Of a stretch of 64,000 nt of DNA, positions 13,485-28,260 are shown piece by piece. How positions within the stretch are numbered: position 1 is the first letter of the stretch; each line of letters starts with the position of its first letter. The stretch is from Styela clava (taxonomy: Eukaryota): the NCBI RefSeq assembly GCF_964204865.1, contig NC_135250.1, positions 7,316,001 to 7,380,000 of the forward strand. Direction: 5' to 3'. Under the pieces are notes generated by a model. That model did not search any database. It saw only the letters and a program-made list of their open reading frames with translations, and was not told the origin of the DNA. The translations under genes and the position numbers were made by a program.

Positions 13485-16400
13485 TTTCAAATGGTATGAA
13501 ATGACAATGATGAAATATCTATAATTTTCTTTATTGAAATATGTACTTCAAAATCAGAAAATCTCTGCTGCAGAGAGAAATGACACCTGTTCCGCGAGTT
13601 CACGATTGTTTTCAACAAATTGGGAAACTATAATCGACAAACTCGAGCGATTTATGTCAGTTTTGTGGTGCTTTGTATGCTGGTAAACAATGCAATGCTT
13701 TTAAACACGTAATGATTCAACAGCCTAATATCACAAAATGAAATTTAAAATTTCTGTGTGGTTGCGGAAACACGGTGAAAAAATAAAATTACAGACCAAT
13801 TTGTTGGTTGGATTAATTAAATTTCGCTATCCCAAAGATACGCTGTGATTGATTATTTCTATCCAATGAACCCCAAGAAAACATAAATATTCGAAATTTT
13901 CACCGTAAAGCAAGACAGCATATATTCTGTAATAAGTGGACTTATCTGACGACGAAGCAGTCCGTCTATTGAAGCAAATCTGTTATTTGAAAAAATATTA
14001 AAATATCATGAATCGGAAAAAAGACACTAGAACGCTATTACTTTTACCTACGGGCCAAATTTTTTATTCGTAAATTTTTCTATTTTTTTTTATAATTCAT
14101 TGGCACACTTTTAAATAACATCTGGTACATTCATTTAATATTTAATTGGAATTACTGACATCGCGGGTGTTATTTGACCTCCGTTGCCATATATTTAAGA
14201 ATTTCTTTATTGTAATTCTATATTATTTACACTTATTGACTTTTATCTAACTATCTAATTTATTTGAAACTGTATGTTCAGCTAATACTTCACTGTGCTT
14301 TATTTAAATAAAATAATTTATGTGAAAATGGTCGACTACTCATTTACTAAAACTTTTTTAAAAAAATTTGGGGAAATCGAATCTTGGTTAGAACAATCAA
14401 CTGAAATTGAGATTATAAGACGACGTGAGAGTTCAATACACAACCAATTAATTAGAAACGTTGGCGCCACAAACGCGCATATCCGTTGACGTTTTTCAGA
14501 GAAGACTTTGTGACTAATGTAATTAGAAGGTAGTTAGTAAATATATAATGGGATATACTGTATTGTACTGGTTACGTCACGAGGGTGAAATAGATAGAAG
14601 TCACAACTTCCGTTACAAATTTAGTGAAACGCAATCGAATATCGTGAAAAACATTGAAATTGTTTCAAACGTTCTTAACAGTCGTTTAGTAAGTGATGGT
14701 GTTGGGGAATACAGAGCTATCGTTTTTAAAAAAGTAAGGGGCAACAAAAATCCTTAGTTGAGACATGAGGAGTTATTGTTTATTTGTTTTATGATTCTAC
14801 ACTACAGGGTTGCATAATATGTTGTCTTCTACAAATGGATTTCTGACGCAATAATGATGAACTGTGACGCGTCGCTTGAATTCTCTTGCGCGATGTTCTT
14901 GCTGTATACTTTTTGATTTATAAATGGCATTTGTTCAGCTCATAATTATTTGGATCAGATTTATTGTGAATTTGTAACATTGGCTTGACAAGATCAACTT
15001 ACTTTGATAGTTATTTGAGAAAGTACGTTGAACAGAATGTAATTTTATATGGAAATGATAAGGGTTTGATAAGCCAATGGGCACTTTTTAATTGAAATTA
15101 TTTGTCGGGTCAGCTCGATTAGTGGAAATAATCAGGCGATAATTAACTTTATATAATGATAGGGTATTAGAAAATTTAATTTGAAAGAAACCAAATTCAA
15201 ATAACATTAAAATAATTGATTCTAAGAAACAGAATTGATAACTAACGGGCACGTGCGGACTGGTAAATTTGCCAAAACAATTTACCCGATCGTAGAAGTC
15301 TTGGTTCGAAAACGGGCTCCAACTAGGTCGCATTCTCTTGATTTACACTCAATATACCAGAGCCGTGATCTCGAGGGGAATTTACAATCGTCGTCTGGCT
15401 GAAAACAAGTTTGCTACTCCCGTAGTGTATGTACAAGGTTACGGTTAGGCCATAATTTTATTCCGATTTTAGTTCTATTACGAGTTTCGGAGACTGGCTG
15501 TGTTAGCCAAGTGAATATACCCCCTCTCCATAGGTTTCGGTCACTTTATACAACTTGATGTAAAGTGGGCGAACAAAATAAAACTAGTTACATTCATATT
15601 GGTACATTTTTGTGGCGCCGAAATTTCAACCTCCCGCGGAAATCAAGAGTACAAAAACTTTGGCGTAAGCAAGCACTATTTAATAGAATGTCCGAACCGC
15701 TAAGTCGACTTAATATCTGAAGATTATCACAATTAAAGATCTGAAATTTTGACCCCTACTCCCGAGAGTTGAAAATACGACCCAGACTGCAATAGAAATT
15801 TCTATTCCTCAGCCCTTCGGGAATTGTCCTATTAAACTAAGTGCATCTGTGACAGCTATAGAGATGGACGATTGTGAGAAAAACGAGTAATAAAAAAACT
15901 TTTTGTTTGAAAATGGACTAGATATTTAGTTTCGGTCTGCCCGTCGTTATACATTTAAAAAACTATCCATCAGCATGGTGATTTGTATATAACGTACTTA
16001 ATTTTTAAATATATATATAGCGAGAGTAAAAATATTGGACCTGTCACTTATTTATTCATATATTTTGTAGGGAGTGGTAACAGACTCTGATGACCTCATT
16101 TTGCGTATGTTTGTTTCCTAGTCTGACGAAAGTAATAAATTGTTTCCCCGCTATATTCATTCATTGTAACCTTCTGGAAACGTTAGTTAACACCCCCCAA
16201 AAATATTCTAGTAATGATCTTTTTCTGCTTTAATAAAACATCATTTCAAAACTCTCATGTACCTCATTTATTCAAGTAATTTTTTTCTCAAAAGAAATAA
16301 AATTGAATGTACCCTCGTTTCTGTATGTTATGTTCTGCATTGTGTTATCAAACTTCCCTCCTCTGGAGTATTAAAAAAATAAAATATCAGTCGGGATAGA

Positions 16401-17828
16401 AAGCATCCTCCATTTAAGATTTAGCACAACGATTAATATATGAACTTAAGCGTTCAAAAAAGATTTTTTTCATGCTTAGTTACGACATTGACTCGAATTC
16501 CCCTCATAGTGCTTCAGGCCATTGCCAACTCCCAAGTTATTCCAACTCAGTAACGGTTTTATTTACACATGCTCGAATTTCTAATGCAAATGATACAGCA
16601 TAAAGACAAATATATGCATGCAATCCATGCATGTATTAGTAATAAATCCAATTACATTCAAATCAAGTATTATACAAATTTTCATTAAAATGCTGTAACT
16701 GCGATATTGAAAAAAAATCATGACAAGTTGATTAAAACAATATCTGACACTGGCATAGTCATGCTAACAATGAAGTTGGAACAATTATATTGATGCTAAT
16801 ACCTATAAAATTAATAATATGCGTGCAACTGGAATAATAAATGAGATAACTGTCTTAATCTATCATATATTGTAATATGAACTTACTGCATTTCCACCAA
16901 AGACTCCTAAGTAAGAAATAATCAATAACAGGTAAGAAGTGCGATCGAAATTTGAACTATATGGAATTTCGAACATTATGAACTTATTGCATTCTAACCA
17001 AACTAGGAAACAAATTACATAGTTCAAGAAATGCTAGGAAATAAGTGCACAGTTTTATGCTTTTCGATTTGAACAGATATACTGATTGCCAGTTGCCACA
17101 AACAGGTAATGAACTTTATAGAATTTTGAACATTAACAAGGTACAATATATGGAGAATTGAAGGCAAAATTGATATTCAGAAATTGAATGGCACAAAACA
17201 GGCAACATGGCTTTCAATAATTTAATTCTAATTTGACTTTTTTAGAGTATCATAATTTTTTTAGTTGGAAAAAGTCAAGATATCACTATTCTTCAGTAAC
17301 CTATATATTAAAATGAATTTCAAGCATTTATATGACTTTTTTCACAAAGCATAAGTTAAAACAGTTCTAGTTGAAGGTCCAAAACATGAAGATTTTTCGA
17401 AGATTACATTAGTAGATGTCTCCCAGTATGACGGGTCATTTCAACTAAAACCATCGCTAAAATACAAAAAAGTATGAAGTCAAAATATTGAGCTTTTAAC
17501 CGACGAAAGATAAGTTGGAATTGGGTAATAGAAAAACTTTGAGGCATAAGCAAAAATGCATGCTTTATAACAGGGTGCGGAATATTTTTGAAATGGGGAG
17601 TCTTCAAAAATGTAGCATGGTCAGCAGAAAGTGGAAAAACTCGAATACTTAAGAAATAAAAAATAGCATGTTTAGAATGAGATACTGTATATAAAATAAC
17701 TAAACTGATTTTGCTTGCCCTTTTTAAATATATATCTTCTCTATAAAGTGGAAAACAGCTATTTTTTCGTTTACGAATTCGAACCCACAGCCCAATAATC
17801 TATATATGGAAGATCGACAACCAACAAG

Positions 17829-20800
17829 TCACAGAGACCAAGACTCGCCCAATGTGTTGTATTTCTGATTATAATATTAGGGTTTCTCTTCGGCCCAAGC
17901 AACCACTAAATAGCATTTCAGTCAATTCATAACACAATATGTTTTCTAATTTCAGTCTGATCCGATACAAGATTAGTTTTCATAGGCCTAATTAATATGA
18001 TTTCAAAATGTTCTCATATTTTCTCTACATCAAAGATTTAAACAAACCTTAAGAACTCTCTTCTCAAAACAGCCTACCAATTTCGCAAAATTTTCATTAC
18101 TAACCCAGGACCACACATTTCAGAAAAGTTGGAACCACGAGATGCCTATGATGACCCATCACGTAAGGTGTTATGAACTGGAAATGATGATTACAGACTA
18201 CAAAAGCCACAATTTATATATATATTTTAATGGAAGCCTTGTCATAATTATACTTACCTGACAGTCATGACTTATCCAGCACAATCCACAGATATGTCTA
18301 GCACAATTACGACAATAGGTGAATATGCCCAATATTTCTTCGTTGCAATCAGGACAACGCCTTGACTCCCTCATGTCAGCCCTTCCAGGTCGTTCCTTAA
18401 TTTAATGTTAAATTAGAAAATGAAATGCTTCATTTTTTTTTAGTACAAGATTCAACCGAAACAACATCCCACTGAATACACAATGATTAACTCGGAACTG
18501 ATTTTCACTATAAACATCATAATGTGAAAGTAAGAAACATGGTGCATACATGTACCAGAGAATGCTAAATTTTTCAAAAACCAATATGTTAATCAAATAG
18601 CAAAGCATTCACATCATTTTAGTCATGATTTTTAAATCACCGCATTATCTTTGACTTGTGTTCCCTGTCATAAATGCTATGTTATGCTTTTAATGGCAGT
18701 TCATAACATTTTCAACATGCTTTGAAAATGTCTATTCATTTGAATAAATTACCATAATGTACTTCAGAAATTATAGCTGAACCATTTTTTTGTTGGAAAC
18801 GTTAGATATTCATTTTTAAAATGAGGAGATACTATTAAGTTATTTAGTAATTGGAACCCTGGTTTTAGTTTCAAAGCAATAAAAATCGAGTGTGAGCAGG
18901 GGCCTTCTTGAAAACTTCGCTTTGCTGAACAAGGTCAGTTCAGAATATTTCTCGATAATCTGTATTCATAAATATTATATTAGAATGTGATCAAAATAAA
19001 AAATTATTTGGTTTTAACCATCTGTGAATGTAAGACAAATTTTAGAAGGCAATCATTAGAACACACTGCTGATTATACAGAATGCAAGATTGATTTGCAG
19101 ATGTAACAATTGTAGGCTACCTGTCTGTTGGGATGGATAGAAGCTATACCGCAGGCAGAAGTCGTGGGAATCCATCTCCAAGTTTCAATCCTGTTACCAT
19201 TTTCTTGTCTGAATAGAAAATGCATAATTTTATACAATGTTGGGTGTGTAGGTGTGGGTGGCTATATGGCCCTAAATCCTAATAGCCACTCTGATGGCCT
19301 CTTCCATCAAGGACAAGGACATCATTTTAAATTTTGTAAGGGTAGTTAAACAAGACCTGTACAACCATTAAAATGCAACATTCATGTAGTAAAGAATTCC
19401 AACTTTATAAAATATATGAGCATGTATATGAGGACACAGATACTAAAGCAGACTCACCTCTCAGAACGGAGAATGAAAGTGTAATCACGACTTTGTGGGC
19501 CCAGCTGTAATCTGTCAGGCTGAGATGTCGGCTGCAATCTGAGTATAAATATGTAATTGTCAATTTCTCAACACATCAAACTGTAACAGTGAATACCATC
19601 ACATCATGCAGTGATTGCAGTCATTTGTTTAGTTTGCTATAAATGCGTATAAACAAGTAGCAACAGTCCAGATACCAGAGTACAATGCTATCACTACACA
19701 TTAATATCAAAACACACATTTTTCAGACTTGGTAATTTTGGAGATGTTACTAAAATAAATATGTCATAAGGTTGTTAGTATGAATCTAAGTTTTTCCATT
19801 ATTCTACATAAAAGGACACCACAATCTAAAAATATGATAAACCGCCGGTTTAAAACCGGGTCTCATGTTCGATTGGGTGTTAAATGAAGATAACTTTGCC
19901 ATAAAATACACATATCTATAAGCTTAGCACTTAGCAGCCGAGATGATTTAAGCTAATTAGCCAGCATTATTAGGAAATTGTCAATAAAATACTACAAGGT
20001 GTTAAAAAGTTATGCAAAATTAGAGTAAAATTTTTCGTAATGGCAATGTTAAAAAAAAAGTAACTGATAGAAAGCGTCAGTTGTGAAATGTTTGAATGGC
20101 ATTTCACTATAATTTAATACTGTTAAAAGGTGTCAGTCGTTGAATGTTTTAAGTAGCATTTTATCTTAACGTCTGTTAATTTTGCGTTACTTTTTTAAAA
20201 CCCTGTATTATATACTGTGTAAACATAAGACAAAAATCACTGGCAGACTACAGAATTCTCAATATTAAATACAATTTTAAATTAGAGAATAATTGAAAAA
20301 ACATTGAGTTGTAATTTACAGCACATGCATGAATTTAGAAAAAATCATGATTTGTCAAATTAGGCATTTTTCGTATCAAATTTTCAAAGTTGACAATAAC
20401 AATATGCTTGAAAATTGGATCTGAATATGAACACTACAGAAAAAATATGTTGGATTTGATGTTACTAATTTACCTTAGTTTAATCAAGTTGAGTTTGGGC
20501 ATAAGTGCAGAGATCAGCACAACACATCCAGGGACTGTCTAAATTGCTGGAACATTCTGATGAACATCAAAAATAGTTGAAAAATAAATAAATAAAATAA
20601 ATATTATTTCTAAGATGCATAACATTGTTATTATTTTTAGTAAAATCATAAAACAATCAGTTATTGCTATCATGATGAATCATTGTTAATTAAGCAGCTG
20701 ATGAATTAATAGCAACCAACATGCTGATAGCACATGCATAAATATCACCTTTCATCTTCATTTCTGGATGTCCATGGAAGCTACAACATAAGAATACAAT

Positions 20801-23800
20801 AACTATAACAGCATAGTAGGTCTAGGCCTCGGGTAAAAGCTATTCAACATATACAGGGAATTATTGAATTTTTTTTTAAAAAAAATCTATTTTAAAAATT
20901 AGTTGAAAAAAAAATTGTTCAAGAAAAATTGAATATTGAAATCAAATCACAATTTCAATCTTCATTTTCTAATCAAATCATGATATTAATGCTTATTTAC
21001 GGATGAATTTACAATATTTGAAATAAATAGTAATAAAAGAATAGGTTCAACGCCTTGGAGTCTTTAAAGATAATCTCTTAATGTCAAATATTGATAAATA
21101 TTATAGTTACAATACTTCACAACGTAAAAAAAATGATACGAAGACCACATAAGATCTCTCCCGTCTAATGTGTTCCATTAATTGGAGAATTCCATTCATT
21201 TAAAAGCTAGCAGTATATACACACCTCGTGTGTAGGTGTGCAGTGGAGTGTGAATGATTTTACATTTCATCATCCATTTGCACAATACATGATGGCGAGA
21301 AAATAAAATACTTATTACTGATCCACACAACACTTTCCAAGTGTTTCATTACATCTTGAGTGTCTAATTCTGAAAAACGACACATGCTGGTCGGCACAAC
21401 AATGGTAACTTAAAATTCAAAAATAAAAATATGGAGTGTGTTGTATGACATTTTTATCACCTTTACAGGATTGAAAGGTTTAATTATTTTGTTTTTCTCA
21501 CATGCGTTCAGTGTAAAAATTGATAAATTTAAATGAGATAATTTGTGGTTTTGAGTATAATGCAATACCTAGAATGCTCAGGGCCAAAATATGTGCGTTT
21601 ATGACTTTGTTCCTTGCGTACTCCCGTAGTATGTGTACCATGTTAGGGTTAGGCAACAGTTTAATTCTGAATTTTCCTTATTTTAGTTTTATTAAGAAAG
21701 TGGGGACTGTCTGTGTTAGAAAAGTGAATATCCATGCCCATAGGTTTCAGTCATTTTACACAACTTGATGTATAGAAGACAAACAAAATTATTTACTTCC
21801 ATAGTGATACGCATACTTCTGGTGCGCTATTGCTTACATTGTATAATACAGGATATATAATCATTAATCAAATATGCCAATATGATTGAAGCCCGAACAA
21901 GTATATCATAATCGTGGTACTTTTCCCAAAATATCATCCCAACACTTACAAGCTTGAATTACAAATAATCATTATATCATGAACAGTACAGTACTAATTC
22001 CACTTACTTTCTCTATGCTCAAGAGTTTAGAGCCCAATTAGGGATTTTATCAAAGTGCTTTGCACACATATATTCATTTATTATAATGATGTCCACAAGC
22101 TTATTTCAGGAGAGATGTTATGGCGGCAATTTTCCCAGAAGCGATGGCATGGGGAAATTACGATTTTGTATCCCCACTTGAAAATCCTGGGTGCGTGTGC
22201 GCCCTGTATTTGAGTATTGCTCTAATATATTTGATGAAGTAATTGACACCCAGAGATGGAAGTCTACAGGATGTTTTGTTTGTGTCATTTATATTTACAC
22301 AACAATGTACTCACAGCTAACAACAACAATTGATAAGTGTGCTTAATAAAGATAAGGGTTACACAGGAAATTTATTACTTATTTTTTTTTATTTACCTTC
22401 AAACTTATTTCTAATACCATGGCCCGTGGGGTAATACCATTTTACATGTGCAGTGATATTAAGAGTTAATAAGCTGCTAAGAATAAGACAACCTGATATT
22501 GGATATGGTGAGTTGTTGGCAATGCACAAAGTTATAATGACCTGTCACAAAATGATCTCAGACAAGCTTGACATCGACGGTTTGGCAATATTATGGAATA
22601 TGTTAAGTCGATAATTACTAAGTGGTGATTGTTTGGTATGAAAAGTTGGGTTTGAAAATGTCTGTTGTTCTTTTAAACCTTATTAACAATTCATTTTCAT
22701 TGATTGATTTCACATGAGTGTGAAGATAATAATTATTTAGCTACTGATCATAAAGCTACAACATAAGAATACAATAACTATAACAGCATAGTAGGTCTAG
22801 GCCTCGGGTGAAAGCTATTCAACATATACAGGTAATTATTGAATGATATTTAAAAAAAATTCTATTTTTAAAATTAGTTGAAAAAAAAATTGAATATTGA
22901 AATCAAATCACAATTTCAATCTTCATTTTCTAATCAAATCATGATATTAATGCTTATTTACGGATGAATTTACAATATTTGAAAGAAATAGTAATAAAAG
23001 AATAGGTTCAACGCCTTGGAGTCTTTAAAGATAATCTCTTAATGTCAAATATTGATAAATATTATAGTTACAATACTTCACAACGTAAAAAAAATGATAC
23101 GAAGACCACATAAGATCTCTCCCGTCTAATGTGTTCCATTAATTGGAGAATTCCATTCATTTAAAAGCTACCAGTATGTATAGTCAATTCGTGTGTAGGT
23201 GTGCAGTGGAGTGTGAATGATTTTACATTTCATCATCCATTTGCGCAATACATGATGGCGAAAAAATAAAATACTTATTACTGATCCACACAACACTTTC
23301 CAAGTGTTTCATTACATCTTGAGTGTCTAATTCTGAAAAACGACACATGCTGGTCGGCACAACAATGGTAACTTGAAATTCAAAAATAAAAATATGGGTG
23401 TGTTGTATGACATTTTTATCACCTTTACAGGATTGAAAGGTTTAATTATTTTGTTTTTCTTACATGCATTCAGTGTAAAAATTGATAAATTTAAATGAGA
23501 TAATTTGTGGTTTTGAATATAATGCAATACCTAGAATGCTCAGGGCCAAAATATGTGCGTTTATGACTTTGTTCCTTGCGTAGGGTTAGGCAACAGTTTT
23601 TTTCCGAATTTTCCTTATTTTAGTTTTATTAGGAAAGTGGGGACTGTCTGTGTTAGAAAAGTGAATATCCATGCCCATAGGTTTCAGTCATTTTACACAA
23701 CTTGATGTATAGAAGACAAACAAAATTATTTACCTCCATAGTGATACGCATACTTCTGGCGCGCTATTGCTTACATTGTATAATACAGGATATATAATCA

Positions 23801-26658
23801 TTAATCAAATATGCCAATATGATTGAAGCCCGAACAAGTATATCATAATCGTGGTACTTTTCCCAAAATATCATCCCAACACTTACAAGCTTGAATTACA
23901 AATAATCATTATATCATGAACAGTACAGTACTAATTCCACTTACTTTCTCTATGCTCAAGAGTTTAGAGCCCAATTAGGGATTTTATCAAAGTGCTTTGC
24001 ACACATATATTCATTTATTATAATGATGTCCACAAGCTTATTTCAGGAGAGATGTTATGGCGGCAATTTTCCCAGAAGCGATGGCATGGGGAAATTACGA
24101 TTTTGTATCCCCACTTGAAAATCCTGGGTGCGTGTGCGCCCTGTATTTGAGTATTGCTCTAATATATTTGATGAAGTAATTGACACCCAGAGATGGAAGT
24201 CCACAGGATGTTTTGTTTGTGTCATTTATATTTACACAACAATGTACTCACAGCTACAACAACAATTGATAAGTGTGTTTAAAGATAATGGTTACACAGG
24301 AAATTTATTACTTATTTTTTTTTATTTACCTTCAAACTTATTTCTAATACCATGGCCCGTGGGGTAATACCATTTTACATGTGCAGTGATATTAAGAGTT
24401 AATAAGCTTCTAGGAATAAGACGACCTCATATTGGATATGGTGAGTTGTTGGCAATGCACAAAGTTATAATGACCTGTCACAAAATGGTCTCAGACAAGC
24501 TTGACATCGACGGTTTGGCAATATTATGGAATATGTTACTAAGTGGTGATTGTTTGGTATGAAAAGTTGGGTTTGAAAATGTGTGTTGTTCTTTTAAACC
24601 TTAACAATTCATTTTCATTGATTGATTTCATTGATCAATTTCACATGGATGTGAAGATAATAACTATTTAGCTACGAATCCTAAATTTATTCCATATTAG
24701 AAAATATTTCATGGAGAATAGAAAAGTTTTTTGGCAATCTTCTGCAATTAAAAAGCATGCCAAATTTCCTCCAATTTTTTTGAAAATATTAGAATTCAAA
24801 TATGCTAACCTCTGCAAATAGCCCATGAACACCAGGCAAAGTTCCTAACATTTGCTGTTCAAAATCAGGCAATTCATTTCTCCTTACTGATGTCCCATTA
24901 CTTCCATTGACACGATTCGTAGGTGGTGATTGTACTGGGGGAGGAGGTGGAGGTTGTGGTCCATCCGATTCAACAGTACGAACATCTGGAATAAATCTTG
25001 TCTTGTGGCCAAATCTGGAACATAGAAGATCCAATGAATGGTATTAGAATGAAAATATCCCCAATCAATAAGAGAAAATTGGATAACATAAATATCCCAG
25101 AAAAAGCTTTTGAAACATCTTTGGTGAGATATCGGGTTCGTAGTGATTTTCCCTTACAACACCAATTATTATATAAGTAGTTAGAAATGTATGTAGCCTA
25201 TTATAAAAGCAATATATTGTAATGCACTTACGTATTCAAGGATCCATTTGGTTGATCCGGGTTCGCTTGACGTTGAACCTGAATACTTGATGGATGTTCA
25301 GAAATTTGATTTACTTCCTCAATTGGTATTTCAGCATTGGTACCTCTTGATGTTGAGGCCCCATCATTAATTTCATTAGCATGCAGCCCAAGATGAATTG
25401 GTGAAGGAGTATTATCAGCAGAATCGGGAATTTGAGGATTCTCAGAGCTTGAAGCAGATTTTTCTTCATCTCTTGAATTCAACCCAGGGTTTGAAGTTTC
25501 TACTCTCTCCTCTTCTTCTTCATCGCTGTCATCATTATCGGAATCATCATCACTAGAATCATGATTCTGGATTCTACGCCGCTTCCTTCCATCCTCATCT
25601 TCATCATCTCCTCCACCTCCTCCAGCAGTGCTAGATGCGGAGGTTCCATAGGAAAATGATCCATTTGTCTGTTGTGGTTGTTTTTGTTTGCTGCCTGATT
25701 GTTGACCTTTCGATCCAGATTGTTTTTTCGTTTCATTCGTGTCATTCCCATCAACAAGTGGTTGCAAAGTGTAAGGAACAAGGCTTGATAGCTGTAACAT
25801 CACTTTCCCAGCAGGACCAGAAACTCCAATCTTTCTCAGAATTCTTTCATTGGCGAGATCCAGTTGTTTGTTGTCCTTATGCTTGAACATGAATAATGTA
25901 TTATTCACATCAGGATGATGGAACCCATACTTCAAAGCATTACGAGTAGAAGAATCTGATGATGTAGCTTTAAATGATTCACCAATCAGAAAAGTGATAC
26001 CCTCAAATTTTCCTTTGCTCACAGCCATATCTGCTAATCTAACATCATACAATTCTTCCAATGGCAAGATGATACTGTGAGAACCCTTATATTCTGAGAC
26101 CAAGGGGGCTGTCACCGACATGGTGGAAGTTGACAGTGGTAAACCCAGCCATTCACTGATTTCCAAGGCGAATGAAGACAACATTGCCGTGATGGAATCC
26201 ACTGCTCGTCGATTAAACCAATACGTCACAGCCATACGTGCATTAGCACATGATATTGTATCATCATCCAATTCTTTCAATAGTGAATTTTTACTGAAAG
26301 ATGGCAATATGAAAATGGCAAAACAATTTGAGCGATCATCATGCTTTTCTTTTCTTTGTGACAAGAGAGCATTTGTCTTTTCGCTACATTCTCTTTTTTC
26401 ATCATGAGCTCTTGTTGAAATCACATCCAATTTTTTATCATCCCTGAAGTCATCTTCTGCATAGGTTTCATTTGATTCATTGAAATCAGAATGAGCATTT
26501 GAATTGTAAAGCACATCATCTGAAGGATTAGGCAACTGCCAATATTGGTCTTTTACACAATCCGTTTCAACAAAACTCTTTGGCCCATCCTTCATAAATT
26601 CATTTCCCATATCCCAACTGGCAGGACGAATAACCTGTGCTTTTTCACTGGAATCCAT
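17829..26658 (-). CDS. Uncharacterised ~668-aa protein with acidic/low-complexity middle, NLS-like RKRRR and C-terminal B-box1/AN1-like zinc finger
   Basis: Exons 26658-25232, 25014-24810, 20780-20749, 19538-19458, 19208-19121, 18395-18258, 17864-17829; phases 2,0,2,2,0,0 all close. Exon 6 encodes CPDC-x10-CRNC-x4-CGLC-x3-H-x-C. The start codon and last exon are the least certain parts. Confidence 0.7.
20778..24680. repeat. Intronic direct tandem duplication, two ~1.95-kb units (20778-~22750 and 22753-~24680)
   Basis: Both units start AAGCTACAACATAAGAATACAATAAC and end TATTTAGCTAC; near-identical by eye with a few substitutions and indels. Confidence 0.95.
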
Positions 26659-28260
26659 TTTTTCGATGTCTTGAGTGTACTCTACAACGTCATTCGCGAA
26701 ATAGTATTTATAGCAGGTCAAAAACAATAATTTATACAGTATATTGATAATAAACTGATAAACTAATAAACTGAAACGACCACAATATCCAAAGTTACTT
26801 CAATGAAAATAAAAAAGTATGCATCATGTGCTAAGTACCGTATGCAGTGTAGGAATACTGCTCATAAAAATGACTCCAGATTGCATGCGGAAGCTTAGAT
26901 TCCATGAAAATTTTGACTTCACTCAGACAAAATACATGACTATGACCTTGTATTCAATTTTTTTCCATAGCGCATATGGTAAATTTTCCAACATTCGGGC
27001 TCCTAAAATTCGCTCAATACTTTTGACACTTATAATTTATATTGACAGTGTAATTCTTTCTCAACTTGATACTTACCAATATTTATGAAGTTTGTTTGAT
27101 TAGAACATCGTTAATTATTATGGTACTCGGAAAGAACGTGAACGACTGTCAAAACAATATGCCCCATTACAACGCTGATTTGTGACAATCCAGCGGCGGC
27201 ATCAATGACCGCTGCCAGAATAAAACAATTCTAAAATAGATGCAACATTTCATAGATGAGAAACATATCAAGAGATTAGTGATTGATATCTTTTTTCGCA
27301 TTTGATAAAATTCTTATTAATAAAAGTTTCCCCCACAGAGTTTTACGAAACACTACAAAATGTTTCAAGGCATTGGCAATATGATCTTAGCCAGAGTCTC
27401 TCGTCTCCACTCGTACCAATTATCGATCGAAAGTCGACATTTACCCCTGTGACATTTTTTTGTGTTTTGCGTTCCGGTAAATCGGATAAATAATAAATAT
27501 CTTGGTAAATATATTATTCATCAATGAATGAGGTCGAATATGAAAAGTGCTAAATTCTATGATTTTCACATAGGCGTAAACATGCACAGTGGAGACTGGA
27601 GAGGTAGTTCAGGCCATAGATTATATGAAGTTGGAGAAGTTCAGAGACTTCCTCGAACATACCGTAACTAAATTGAAAAGCAGAATATTTTATTGGAAAG
27701 AATTTATAAACTTCGTTTCATTAGATTCTTCTATTCACATTATCTTTTCGTTCCAAATTTGATCCTATTATCTTCAAAAATGGGGAAAATATAACCTGTA
27801 GTTTATTGGTCCCACATTCGCGCGGTCACAGTTTTTGAGTCAGCTTAAACCTTATAGAGAAAAATTTAGATCTTGGGCAGTACTGAAATGCCTATATCTC
27901 CGCCATTTTTGAATGTTCTCCACAACCTTGGTTTTGTTTTTTATTGTGACTAAGACCTATCCACTGGCAAAGTCTTTGTTTAAATCAGATAGTAATAATA
28001 ATCAAACAAGAAATAAAAAATAAATAACTCAAGCACATATAAATATTGGGTAGCAGAGGAAGTATCATAAATGCAATATAAGATGAAATTTTGGTTCTAG
28101 AGTAAAAAAGCACAATTTGCAATATGTAACTTTGGTGAATATAGCTAAAGATGGCAAACATAAAAAATACCCAATAATCCCCTAAATCACGATAAGAAAA
28201 AGATCAACAACAATTCACTCAGAATACACAAGTCAAGCATATTGGAAACACAGATGCAAG

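Noticed and set aside
14295-14757. Two adjacent short plus-strand ORFs
   Set aside because: No recognisable motif or consistent splice structure.
20474-20538. Alternative phase 0-2 exon TVPGCVVLISALMPKLNLIKL
   Set aside because: Weak acceptor with an upstream AG; the 20780-20749 exon has better sites. Not excluded as a mutually exclusive exon.
21313-21369. Possible duplicated exon (ELDTQDVMKHLESVVW) in each tandem unit
   Set aside because: Its phase does not fit the flanking exons, and the gene model closes without it.
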